Shown here: one piece after another, positions 1 through 11,370 of the stretch
Numbering within the stretch: the first letter of the stretch is position 1
Layout of the letters: every line of letters begins with the position of its first letter
Assembly: GCA_043228905.1 (NCBI GenBank)
Contig: JBHGNT010000015.1
Location: 17,546,001 to 17,610,000 of the forward strand
DNA from: Azolla caroliniana
Taxonomy: Eukaryota; Plantae; Polypodiophyta
Length of the DNA stretch: 64,000 nucleotides
Direction of reading: 5' to 3'
The notes under the pieces: model-generated
Databases searched by the model: none
What the model was told of the DNA's origin: nothing
Seen by the model: only the letters and a program-made list of their open reading frames with translations
Position numbers and translations under genes: made by a program

Positions 1-863
1 CACACGCAACGCTCGCTGCGATGCCAGTTCCACACGGAGGGGAAGAGGGAGCCTGCACCCTAGGGCTGGTTGGGGAGCCCTCGGGCTCGTCAGTGCAATG
101 GGACCCTCGTGTAGAGCACGCCTCTTCCAGAACGGCCGCCTCTTGTGCCAAGCCACCTTCAGGGAGTGCACAAGCTCGCTGAACCGAGTGGGCTCTTGCG
201 CGCCAAGGAGGGAGACCTGCCAACGAACCACCTACCGTGCAAGCTCTGCATAAGCGACATGATCCAACACCTACACACACCCTCGTAGCCATGCCGGCTC
301 CCGGAGTGCTAAGAGCCAACAAGCAGGAACTCAAGGAAAGCACAGACAGTCCGCGCCACCTGCCACAACCGAACACACCACCTACGCACGCACACAGAAG
401 ACACCGAAACCCAAATAGAAAACAGAAACAACGCACCCCTACACCAAGACGAAGAAAAGGCAAAGTATATATATGTAAAGGGGAAAGATACAACCCTAAT
501 AGAGATTCGCCGCCATGGCCGCGGCGCCCCACTTCTCAAGGAGAAGAAGAAAGATTACCAAGAAGTTACTAACCCTAGAAAATTCCTAACCGCAATGACT
601 CCCGACCCAAAATGGTATACACTCATGACTCAAAATGGGCAACCCCTTTACAAAGGGCGCTCCCTTCCTTTTATAAAACAAGGAGAGGGATGCGTAACAA
701 TGTGGGATAATCCCATATTACATGGGATCCTCTGTCCCGAATTAAGTACTGTCCGGCGCCCCTATCATTTACACATTTTTACAAGGGTACGTGCACATGA
801 TGCACTCCGCCGATTCTTCCGATATTCCCCGGTTTCTCACCATGGCCCGGAATCTTCATGACA
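1..863 (-). repeat. 3' LTR of a non-autonomous Trp-family Gypsy-derived element (runs off window start)
   Basis: Minus strand begins TGTCATGAAG at 863, immediately after PPT GGTTTGGTGGGAGTGGA (864-880). Homologous to the LTRs at 14297-15136 and 39496-40229 (shared ATCCCACATTG...TATAAAAGGAAGGGA promoter block). Confidence 0.85.
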
Positions 864-1083
864 TCCACTCCCACCAAACCGCACGTCCACGGGTACGTGC
901 CAAGTTCGGAGAAGGGTAAGAGATTCCGGCCGGTGAGGAACCGGTCTTCCGTAATCCGCATTCCGGCTGCGAGTTGACCTTGCCAGTCCCAACCGTCGGC
1001 TCCGGTTCCTTCTCCGCGTTTGCCTCCCCGTAGGCTTGTTCGACCTGTCGATAGGCCATTCGCCAGGATCTCGTAGTGCGCGT

Positions 1084-1693
1084 TGCCGGGTTGTTTCTCT
1101 TTCGCGTATGAAATAAGGCGGGACCGCAGGGGCCCTGAACCGAGGAGTGTGAGAGACGAGAGGGAGAGAGAGTCGCGGAAAACACAGATGACAGAAACGA
1201 GACAATAACAATATAGATTACAGCTTGCGATGTTACAACCGGCAAGCCGATGACAAACTCTACACATACTCAACACGCATTGAAATACGTGTTGGAGCCT
1301 CTATCGGAAGCACGCGGCTTTCACACAGCAGAGGCAGCCCACTTAACCCAAATCCCTGCAACAATTGTGGTGGAGGAGAGAGCTCAGTTCCCAGTCCAAC
1401 AACACTTCGTCCTCTCTAAAAAAAACGCGCGATCCCCACTCATCCCTTTTTCTCTCCTTTTATAGCACAAGGAGAGAGAAACATTACAGACTGTTACATC
1501 ACTTTTATTCTCGGTACTAGAAAATAGAGATCCTCCTCGATTCCCTACCTAAATGCATTCATGCTACCTAGGATAATTATATCGCCTGCCTGTTCTTAAC
1601 TATGTGCATACATCAAAACAGGTGCCCGTTTGCAAGGGCCGGTTTACGCACACTATCCACTGATTCCACCTAGGGATGGTTTTCTCCGCGATA
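1084..1693 (-). repeat. Solo LTR (4-bp TSD family)
   Basis: Flanked by GCGT (1080-1083 and 1694-1697). Ends TATCGCGG (degenerate TGTCGCGG)...CCGGCA. The empty site is seen in the homologous arm near 14070 (GCACGCGTACT). U5 motif GGTTCAGGGCCCCTGCGGTCCCGCC. Confidence 0.75.
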
Positions 1694-2737
1694 GCGTGCT
1701 TCCCGTTTGCCCTTCTTTCGACCGCTTGCACACTTCTCATCCCTTCGGATACGCGGTGTCCTTCGTCCGAGGAGCACTCGTGATGGCCCGCTTGGCCTCC
1801 GTCGACCTTCGCGTCGTCCCGATTCTCGTTCCGCGCTGATCTCCACCGCCTTCGTCCCCTCGCCGCCACCTACCTTCTCCTTGGTCTTACGTTGCCACAA
1901 CAGCTGAACTACCAAGGTCTCCGGAACCAGTCTGAAGGATCCCTCTCCGGCCTTCTACGAGAGATAATCTAGACCGGCAACCCATCTTCGCGCCTGTATT
2001 CCTGCTCTGGCACCTCCGTGTGCCGCGCATCCCCTTCTCGTGTTGGCACCGCCTGTGCCGAACTCTAGTTACTTCCGATGCACGTGTTGTTGGCCCTCAC
2101 CTAGCCAGATCGTGCATCGCCGCTTCTCCGCATACCGGTGTCCTCCGTATACAAGGAACAGCCCGTAGTAGCCCGCTTGGCCACTTTCATCTTCCACTAC
2201 TGCCACCGGTTTGGAGCCTTCCACTTGGCGTCGTCCCCTCGCCCCCACCAGCTTGTTACCTCGGGTTTGGCCTGCCACACCAGTCATTGCCACTCCGACT
2301 GAGCCGCCCAGATCTCCGAAGCGGGTGTGGAGGATCCTTCTCTGGCCCTCGATCCTGTTTCTGGCTACCGACCCGTGCAGTCTATCCCGCACCCGATTTC
2401 CGACCCGGCACCATCATGTGTCGTCTTCCACTTTCCTTGTCCGGCAGCACCTGTGCCGAATGTCGTCTCGTACTCGTGCTTCTCTTTGGCCCTTGATGGC
2501 CACTCGCACGTCTCTTGCTCTGCTCCTTGCTTACCCCTCATCGGCTTCCCTCCGAAATCGTAACCGACTGGTAAGGGTTCGGCCTTTGTCAACTTTGGCC
2601 TCGCCGGCCCCCAATCCGCTCTTCCTGCATCACCAGTTCCATCTTTAGCCTTCTTCGTTCGGCACCATTTCTGCCGAACACCGTCCCGTACCCGTGCTTT
2701 TGCTTTGGCCCTCAATGGCCACGCGCACGTCTCCCAT

Positions 2738-3263
2738 TGTCGTGAAGATTTTTGTCCATAGGGGGAAACCGGGGTGGAAAGGGTAAGTCGGTGGTGTGCA
2801 ACATGTGCACACGTATACTAGGAAATGGTGTATAGAAATAAGAGGGGAAATTTTATCCCACATTGTAAGGTCCCTCCCTCCTTGGGCTATAAAAGGAAGG
2901 GATGGGTCACTTATGAAGGGGTTGCCTATTTTTGAGTGTGAGTGAGCTATACCACATAGTTCTAGAATTCCTCTTCTTCTCGTTTTAGGGTTAGGGTTTC
3001 TTATTCATCTTCTTCTTCTTAGTTGGTTAGGGTTTCCTTATATCGTTTGGTGTGGCCTATGCGGCCACCATTGTTGTAATCATTCACTTGTTTTTAATAT
3101 ATCTTGTTGTGGATCTTGCTTCCATCTATTTTGGTCTATGCTTATGTGCTACTCTCCATCTTCTCATCATGTGTTAAGCTTCCATTTCTCATCTCATTCT
3201 TCTTCCTCCACTCCCTCGTGGTCCCGCCTCGGATCCTACATGCGCTTGCGGAATATCGCGACA
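2738..3263 (+). repeat. 5' LTR
   Basis: TGTCGTGAAG...ATCGCGACA; near-identical to 8743-9281 apart from a few substitutions and a 13-bp deletion in U5. Confidence 0.92.
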
Positions 3264-3267
3264 TATT

Positions 3268-3285
3268 TGGTGAACCCGACGTGAA
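3268..3285 (+). promoter_or_regulatory. Primer binding site complementary to tRNA-Trp
   Basis: TGGTGAACCCGACGTGAA is the reverse complement of the plant cytosolic tRNA-Trp 3' end as I recall it (TTCACGTCGGGTTCACCA); 4 nt after the LTR. Confidence 0.85.
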
Positions 3286-4099
3286 GAGGCGGCAAGGGAG
3301 CATGGAGATGGAAGAAGACTTCGACTTCGAGGAGATGATGGCAAAGATCGTGATGGAAGCCGGACGGAAGATGGCGAAGCGAGATGCGACTCAACAAGCC
3401 GTCGAAAGGGTGGTCAATCGAGTCGGCCGGTTCAATGGGAATGAGGTCCCAAAATTTTTGGGAGCTTACAAGGCCGAGATGGCGAAAGGGGGCGTGGACG
3501 AGGTGATGCGACTAGGGTATTTTCCTCGAGTGGCGGCCGTATCGGTGCACAAGGAGGTCAAGGAGCTACGAGAAGCTCATGAGTCGTGGGTGTCCTTTGA
3601 GGGAGCCTTATTGGAAGCGTACGGGTATGCGAAACCGGACGAGCGAGGTCGGCATTGACGGGGACTGAACGCTCCTTATGCACAACGCTCGGCCACAACT
3701 GAGCTTAGAATGATACACTGAAAACGGGAAATAAAACGCGACACAAAGAAGAAGAATATACACAGGAGGTTTACGTGGAAAACCCCAAACTAGGGGAAAA
3801 ACCACGGCAGCCCAGAGGCTGCAAACTGTCACTATGTAAGAATGTACAACAGTGAGTTCACTGACGCAACGACCTCGTGCTCACAGATCTTCGCCACAAG
3901 CGGCGGTTACAACAAAGGCAACGACCTCTTTCTCTCTATCTCTCTCTGTACACAGTTACGCACTCTCTCTATTCTTTTTCAAACAAGAATTACAACACTC
4001 TAAAAGTTTGCCCAAAGTCATATTTATATTAAAATGACTTTTCGGCTATTTACAAATATATCCTCGATGGACTCTCAGAAACATATTTACCAATATGTC

Positions 4100-4484
4100 T
4101 CCTCATCCGGTTCATACCGGGTCTGCACCATCCGGCTCTCCGTAGCCGGGTACTCCTCATCCGGTTTATACCGGGTCTGCACCATCCAGCTCTCCGTAGC
4201 CGGGTACTCCTCATCCGGTTCATACCGGGTCTGCACCATCCGGCTCTCTGTAGCCAGGTACTCCACATCCGGTTCATACCGGGTCTGCACCATCCAGCTC
4301 TCCGTAGCCGGGTACTCCTCATCCGGTTCATACCGGATCTACACCATCCGGCTCTTCGTAGCCGGGTCCTCCTCATCCGGTTCATACCGGGTCTGTACCA
4401 TCCGGCTCTCGGTAGCCGGGTACTCCTCATCCGGTTCATACCGGGTCTGCACCATCCGGCTCTCGGTAGCTGGGTACTCCTCAT
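4100..4484. repeat. 54-bp CCGG-rich tandem repeat (7 full units) in LTR U3
   Basis: Unit TCCTCATCCGGTTCATACCGGGTCTGCACCATCCGGCTCTCCGTAGCCGGGTAC starts at 4100, 4154, 4208, 4262, 4316, 4370 and 4424. Confidence 0.95.
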
Positions 4485-4572
4485 ACAGTTTCGGCCTCGG
4501 CCGAGCTTGTTCATCAGCACTGTTCTTCTCCCTTTCCATCCGGAGGGACCTGTCTCCCAACAAACTCCCCCT

Positions 4573-5191
4573 TCACTCCGGCATGGGGTGTCTTACCAGT
4601 CCGATCCTCTTCCGGTACGCGCTCAGCTTGTCGGGTGTCAGCATTTTGGTCAGCATATCTGACCCGTTCCCGGCCGTGTGGATCTTCGTCAGTGCGAACT
4701 CTTGGTCATCTACTCTTTCCCGGATCCAGTGATACCTCCGTTGGATATGCTTCGTCCGGGAATGGTAGGCCGCATTCTTAGCAAGGTGGATGGCACTTTG
4801 ACTGTCGCAATAGAGTCGGTATTCCTCTTGCCGAATACCAAGCTCTCCGACGAAGTCTTTCATCCATAATATTTCCTTGCCGGCTTCCACAGCCGCCATG
4901 TACTCCGTCTCTGTGGTTGACAATGCAACCGTCTTCTGCAGCCTCGACTGCCACGAAACAGCGCCCCCTGCATATGTCATTACATACCCGGATGTAGACC
5001 GGCTGGTATCCACATCAGCCGACATGTCCGAATCGGTGAAACCGTCCAGTTGGGGTTTTCCGGAGCCGAATCGGAGACACATATTTGAAGTGCCCTTCAA
5101 ATACCGAAGTATCCATTTAACCGCGTTCCAGTGCTCCTTGCCAGGATTGCTCATGAACCGGCTCACCACTCCGACTGCGTATCTTATATCC
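4573..5191 (-). pseudogene. pol: Copia RT C-terminus and RNase H fragment
   Basis: DIRYAVGVVSRFMSNPGKEHWNAVKWILRYL, GFTDSD, YCDSQSAIHLAKN, RTKHIQRRYH motifs. Confidence 0.92.
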
Positions 5192-5889
5192 GCAATGTTC
5201 TTCTCCCTTTCCATCCGAAGGGACCTGTCTCCCAACAGGCATGAGTTGGACCGATGGGTGGCGTCGATGGAGCGCCATTGAAGCGCAATGGATGCATTCC
5301 GAGAGTTCGAGCGCCGTTTGTCTCAACTCTCGGAGCGAGATCGGAGATCGGTGGGGGCGGACAAAGTCCTCCTATTTTTGAAGACGATCCATCAAGAGGA
5401 GAGGATGGACATCTTATTCGAGCTTCAAGATGATTATGGAGCACATGGTCTCACCGAGGAGTGGTCCGAGGTGGAATGGGTGTGCCGGCAACATGATGCG
5501 AGGCGGTCGACCACAACACGACCCGCAAGTGGCGGAGAAGAGAGAGCGGCGAGTGATTACGCACTACCGCCGGAAGAGAGCTCAACGCAAAACAGTTCGG
5601 AGGAGCTCAACCTAGAAGTGCTAATACGGGAGGCATGCGAGCTTGTGAAGGCGAAAATCGAAGCCGAAGAAGGGCTTATTATGGAGTCGGGCCGGAGGAG
5701 ATTGGAGGATGCGGAGGAAGAAGCCTCCCTAAGCGTAGAAGACGGGGCGGGGCCTATACGGAGGCTAGGAGAGCGTACGATGGCGACATGGGAGAGGGTG
5801 TGGAGCAAGCGACCCTCTTGCCTTGTGGTGAAGGGATGGCCATGGAGGCCGGTAACTACGGATTCGGGACATGGCGGCCCAAAACATCG

Positions 5890-6700
5890 AGTGGCGAGGA
5901 GACAAGCGGCGGTGCCGTGACCTTACACACACCGGCCCTAGAGGCTCCGGCAGTCGGCCCGAGTGCCGGCATGAGACCTAGAGGGACGGGTGGTGGCGGC
6001 GGCAAGGTGGGCAACTAAGATGACGACATGGCAAAGACAACGACAAGCGTAATCGAGGCTTGCACGATCGGAGGTGGGGTAACCGCGGACAACGACGTCC
6101 GGACGGAAGCGGCTACGAACACAACGAGTGGGGGTGCCGGGTCCTTACCCACACCGGCCCTAGGGGCTCCGGCAGTCGGCCCGAGTGCCGGCGTGAGACC
6201 TAGAATGACGGGCGGTGGCGGCGGCAAGGCGGGCAACCGAGACGATGACATGGAAGAGACGGCGGCAAGCGTAATCGAGGCTTGCGCGATCGGAAGCGGG
6301 GTGGCCGCGGATAACGATGACCGGACGGAGGCGGCTACAGAGACAACGAGCGACAGTGCCGCGACCTTACACACACCAGCCCTTGAGGCTCCGACAGTCA
6401 GTCCAAGAGCCCACTTGAGACCTAGAGCGATGGGCGGTGGTGGTGTCAAGGCGGGCAACCGAGACGACGACGAGGACAAGGAGGTAGCAAGCATAACCGA
6501 GGCTTGTGTGACCGGGGATGAGATAGCCACGGACCACGACGTCCGAACAAAGGTGGCTACAAACATGACATCGTCGAGTGATGGTACTGAGACTTTTCCC
6601 ACACCTATTCTAGAGACTTCGGCGGTCGGCCCCGAGAGCCCACGTGAGACGAGAGACGGACGGTGGCGACGGCAAAGCGGACGATCGAAATGATGACGAG
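5890..6700 (+). repeat. ~222-bp tandem repeat (~3.5 units, 74-codon period) downstream of gag
   Basis: CCTTAC(A/C)CACACC core at 5920, 6142, 6364 and ~6592; translates to repeated L(H/P)TPALEAPAVGPSAG.RPR. Confidence 0.85.
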
Positions 6701-8742
6701 GAAGGTCATAGCGGGTGGAGGAGAGACCCCTCGACGCCGAGACCGGAGACTACGACGGTTGCGCCCGAGTGCGGACATAAGACCAAAGAGATGGGCGGTG
6801 GCCGTGAGGAGGCGTGGCCCGGAGCGGGCACATACGAAGAGGATGCGAGGCCCGGAACGGGCATACCGAAAGGCACCGAAGGAGAGGCCGGGAGCGGAAA
6901 CAAGGAGAGAGTCGGGAACCGACCCGAGCAGAGGACGAACCGGTCGGTAATCAGACACGACCGGAAGACGACGCGGAAGAAGATTGGAGCAAGGGCCGGT
7001 CAACCGGGCCCGAATGGAAGAAGAGCCGGCAAGGCCAGAATTGTTTTGCCGAACCCTTACCGGCCGGTTACGATCACGGAAGGGAGCCGATTGAACCGGA
7101 ACATGATCAATCGGGATCAAACCAAGCAAGGACCAAACCGGTATGATTGGAGATCGGGGAAGACGAGTCGCAACACATTGTGGGAGCCGGTGAGCGCGAG
7201 AAGGAGGCCAAGCGGGCATGATGACTACGGTTCCGTGGAAGACCGGAAATGAGCGGGACCCTCCCCACCTATTCTAGAGACTTTGACAGTTGCAGAGCAA
7301 CATAAGACCGGAGAGGCGGCGGGTGGCGGCGAGGAGTCGGAGACCGGAACGGACGAGGCTACCAGAACGGGTACCCGGTGCGTGAAGATGAACAAGCACG
7401 GCCAAGAGGGCCAAACGGAGACGGAAGGGTCTATGATGACTAAGGAAGAAGAGGCCGATGCGGAGGTCGGGACTACGGCCGGCGAAGGGCCAAGAAGCAA
7501 GCATGCAGCCGGAAGAGCGGCAACGAGTGACCGGCAACGGCAGACCGGTAGAGCCTCTGAGAGGCAAGCACGCTGCAAGAGACGGAGCGGTGAGTTGCCG
7601 AGATTGGCAGATGAACGACGAGAGCGGAGGATGGTGCGCGGAGAGAAAGAGCTATGCACCGGGGAGAGAAAAAGCGACGTCCCGGAGGACCTGTGGGGCC
7701 AAGTGGGCCAAGAGGATGGGAGTCGGGATGAAGCGGTAACGAGAGCCGCGAAGGACCCTGACACGAAGGTCGGGATGACGATACGCTCTACTACGAGAGA
7801 GCACAAAGAGCAAGGGAGAATCGAGGTGTGCGTAATGGGGTCACCTAAGGACCAAAGAATGAGTGTGCATTCGGAGGAGCTGCAACGAGTGATCAATGAT
7901 GACGGTCGGATGAAGCCTTCGAGAGGCAAGTGCGGGACGAAGGACGACGCAACGAGACACCAATATCGACGAAACGAGACGATCGCGGTCGGCATGAATG
8001 AAGGATTGTGTCTAGAGAAACGGAGGAGGTGCATGGAAAACAGAGGGTCACGCACCGTGAAGAGCAAACAAGGCATCCCAAAGGATGTGTGCGGCCGAGC
8101 GGGCCAGGCGGACCAAGAGGGTGTACCTTGGGGCGAAGCGGCAACTTCGGAGGTTGCGGGGGACACCGAAGATGAGAGCACCGACACGGATGTCGGGGAA
8201 GCAACGTACCTTTTCGAAAGGGTGTGCGGAGCGAAGCGGAATGCGAGACGTGTGATGTGGCCGTGTAAGGGCTGAGCGACAAGCACGAGGATGATTGACC
8301 ACGAAGTTTGGCGCGCGATAGTGCCGAGTCGAGGAAGCAGCCGAGGCAAGACAAGCGTGGATGAAGAGCAAATGGTGCGATATTCAGCAAACAATCGGGA
8401 AGAACGAGGATTCGTTCCAAGGTCGCACACGGAAAACGAACGAAGACAAAGAGAGGTTTGCGAAGACCGGGTTTGGCAGACCGGGCGGAGACAGTGGTTT
8501 GGCGAACTCTGTCGAGTATGGTGGATCGGATGGAGCCGACGGTTCGAGAGCATACGACAGATATGGCGGATCAGGAGGCTACGGTGGTCCATGTGGGACG
8601 GATGGGCTTGTTCGAAGTGGAAGACGAATGCGGGCAAAGCTAACAAAGACGCTAAGGACTCGGTTGACCGCCATGGCCAAAAATCTCACCTCTTTCCCCT
8701 TCTTGGCACATACCGGTGGATGTGCGGTTTGGTGGGGGCGGA

Positions 8743-9281
8743 TGTCGTGAAGATTTTCGTCCATAGGGGGAAACCGGGGTGAAAAGGGCAAGTCGGTGGC
8801 GTGCAACATGTGCACACGTATACTAGGAAATGGTGTATAGAAATAAGAGGGGAAATTTTATCCCACATTGTAAGGTCCCTCCCTCCTTGGGCTATAAAAG
8901 GAAGGGATGGGTCACTTATGAAGGGGTTGCCTATTTTTGAGTGTGAGTGATCTATACCACATAGTTCTAGAATTCCTATTCTTATCGTTTTAGGGTTAGG
9001 GTTTCTTATTCATCTTCTTCTTCTTAGTCGGTTAGGGTTTCCTTATATCGTTTGGTGTGGCCTATGCGGCCACCATTGTTGTAATCATTCGCTTGTTTTT
9101 AATATATCTTGTTGTGGATCTTGCTTCCATCTATTTTGGTCTATGCTTATGTGCTACTCTCCATCTTCTCATCATGTGTTAAGCTTCCATTTCTCATCTC
9201 ATTCTTCTTCCTCCACTCCCTAGTCCAAGACCCTTGTGGTCCTGCCTCGGATCCTACACGTGCTCGCGGAATATCGCTACA
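8743..9281 (+). repeat. 3' LTR
   Basis: Direct repeat of 2738-3263, preceded by a PPT. Confidence 0.92.
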
Positions 9282-10109
9282 CCGTCCTGCTTTCGGGTCT
9301 GCCCTTTCCGGCTCGGCATACTGCTTCTTGACCGGGTGTCCCCGGCAACTTACCGGAAGATCACCCTTGTCGTGTCCCGTCCCGCATGGCCTCTTTCGTT
9401 CACGTAACACCTTGGTTAGTCGGTGCCTCTGTTGTTGCCGCCTTCGTCCCCTTGCCGCCACCTTCGATTACCCTCGGTCTCATGTTGCCAAAACGACCGA
9501 ACTGCCGGGGTATCCAAACAGGTGTGAAGGATCCTTCTTGGGCCTCTGATTTGTTGGGTCACCGACTCATGTACTAAGCGCGTCTGATCTTTGTCTTGCC
9601 GACTCTGCCGGTCGGGTCCGTATATGGTTCGTGGCCGCCTCGCCGGCCTCATACCTCTCTTCGCTCTCCGTCACCCGATCACGTTCTCCTGCCGCCACCG
9701 TCCTTCACCTCTAGGTCTCACGCCGGCTCTCGTTGCCGGCTGCCGGAGTCTCTAGACTGGTGTGAGTGTCTTCGTGGGACCTTCCCTTTGCCGTCTTCGG
9801 TTGCTGGCCTTACCGCCGTCACAATTCGTCACTCTAGATCTCACGTCGGCCTCTTCTATTGGTCACGTTCACCTGCAGCCACCGTTCTCTCCTATAGGGC
9901 TCACGTCGGCTCTTGGGCTGACCGCCGGATTGGTGTGAGGATCTCCGGAGATCGCCCATCCGCAGTCCTTTGCCTTCGTCCCCTCGCCGCCACCGTTCGT
10001 CACTGTAGGTCTCATGCCAGCTCTCGGGCCGACCGCTGGAGTCTCTAGAACAGGTGTGAAGGATCCTCCTTGGGCTTGTCGTTTTTCAGACCCTTATGCT
10101 GGGTCTTCC

Positions 10110-10829
10110 CGATGAACAACGCTCGGCCACAACCGAGCTTAGGATCAAACACAGAAAACGGGGAATGAATGCACGACACAATGGAGAGAGGAGTACACAG
10201 GATGTTTACGTGGAAAACCCAAACACGGGAAAAACCACGACAGTCCACTGACTGCTAACTATCACTATGTAACAATGTACAATAGATGAACACAGAGGCA
10301 ACGACCTCTTGTTCACTGTCTTCGCCACAGGCAGCGGTTACAACAAAGATACGAACTCTTCGTCTCTTTCTCTCTCTCTCTCTCTCTCTCTGTACACTGT
10401 TGCGCTCTAATCTTTTTACACCAACAAGAATGACAACAACACAAACAAAACTGTTTGCCCTAAGTCATATTTATACTAATATGACTTTTCGGCTATTTAC
10501 AAATATAGCCCCGATGGACTCTCAACAAACATATTTATGAATATGTCCCTTCATCCGGTGAGCACTTCTCACCGGGCCTTCACCATCCGGCTCTTGCCGG
10601 GTACTCGTCATCCGGTTCTCACCGGGCCTTCACCATCCGGCTCTTGCCGGGGACTCGTCATCCGGTTCTCACCGGGTCTTCACCATCCGGCTCTTGCCAG
10701 GGACTCGTCATCTGGTTCTCACCGGGTCTTCCATTGCCGGGTACTCCACATCCGGTTTTGGCCTCGGCCGAGTTTGCTCATCAATACTGTTCTTCTCACT
10801 TCCTATCTGGAGGGACCTGTTTCCTAACA
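10110..10829 (-). repeat. Solo LTR of Tork-like Copia family, with 50-bp internal tandem repeats (10566-10750)
   Basis: TSD CTTCC (10105-10109, 10830-10834); homologous to LTRs 3656-4562 and 20156-20732. Confidence 0.85.
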
Positions 10830-11370
10830 CTTCCTTCTTCGCTCCACACCCTCTCCCGTGGTACCGACGTACCGTGTTCCCATCCTCTCCGTAGGCTTGC
10901 TCTCTCCTCCAGCCCAGATCGGCTATCCGGAAGTCCACTCTACCCGGTTCTCATCTAGGTCCATCTATCATTCTCTAGATTGTCGGGTCCCGTTGTCCTG
11001 CCGCCACCGTCAGCATCTTGCTCTCACGTCGGATCCGATGCCGATCGCCAAAGTCTCTAGATCCGATGTGAGGTGACCCGTAGGACCGGTCTTCGTTCTA
11101 CGCTTTGTCCCTTGTACTTCTCCCGGACTCGTCGTCGGTCTCCTTGTTGTGCTCCCGCCTCCATCTTCCATCTCTTTCTGTCTCACGTTGCCACACCAGC
11201 GGAACTGTCGAAGTCTCCGGTCAAGTTTTGGGGACCCCAATTTCGTAACGACTCATCCGGGGCCACCGACCCTTTTAGTGGTGTTGGTGGAAAGCATCCG
11301 CTCTATGATCGATCAAGCCCCGCCTGGGCTTGATTCTCCAATGTCCGGAGTTTCGGTTCCGATGCCGATC

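Larger units (their letters stand above)
3656..5237 (-). mobile_element. Tork/Tnt1-like Copia, internally deleted (~46 bp of 5' LTR fused to RT end/RNase H, full 3' LTR)
   Basis: 5-bp TSD GGCAT (3651-3655, 5238-5242); 3' LTR 3656-4562; PPT GTGAAGGGGGAG; 5' LTR stub ~5192-5237. Confidence 0.85.
3302..5920 (+). pseudogene. gag: Gag-like ORF interrupted by a Copia insertion (3656-5237)
   Basis: VERVVNRVGRFNGNEVPKFLGAYKAEM and AFREFERRLSQL...DKVLLFLKTI align with VEKAVVELEGQFDGRNITKFLDAYKREM and VYDEFDQMFRRL...DKTLYFLKAV of the gag at 42001-34266. The reading ERGRH|ELDRW resumes across the insertion. Confidence 0.75.
2738..9281 (+). mobile_element. Non-autonomous gag-only (TR-GAG/LARD-like) LTR element of the Trp-primed Gypsy family
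   Basis: LTR pair 2738-3263 and 8743-9281, tRNA-Trp PBS 3268-3285, PPT GGTGGGGGCGGA before 8743, TSD CCAT/CCGT (one mismatch). Gag homologous to the gag of the 28829-43172 element; no pol. Confidence 0.85.
864..11370 (-). mobile_element. GC-rich internal region of a LARD-like element with no pol, 5'-truncated at ~11370, carrying nested insertions
   Basis: Segments 864-1083, 1698-2737, 9282-10109 and 10835-11370 are the diverged reverse complement of 11946-14296 (e.g. 11244-11370 vs 11946-12080; 2281-2420 vs 13540-13680). No RT or INT motifs seen. Confidence 0.7.

Noticed and set aside
3104-3263. Hydrophobic signal-peptide-like N-terminus of ORF 3104..3658 (env-like?)
   Set aside because: It is translated T/C-rich LTR R/U5 sequence starting at a TTG, repeated at 9109; gag starts at ~3302.
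4100-4484. CRISPR-like array
   Set aside because: Units are contiguous near-identical 54-mers with no unique spacers; they lie inside a Copia LTR in eukaryotic DNA and no cas genes are present.
6600-8800. Long overlapping ORFs on both strands (e.g. 7225..8646 minus, 7283..8275 plus) as host genes
   Set aside because: GC-rich, stop-poor internal sequence of a non-autonomous element; no recognisable domains or splice structure.
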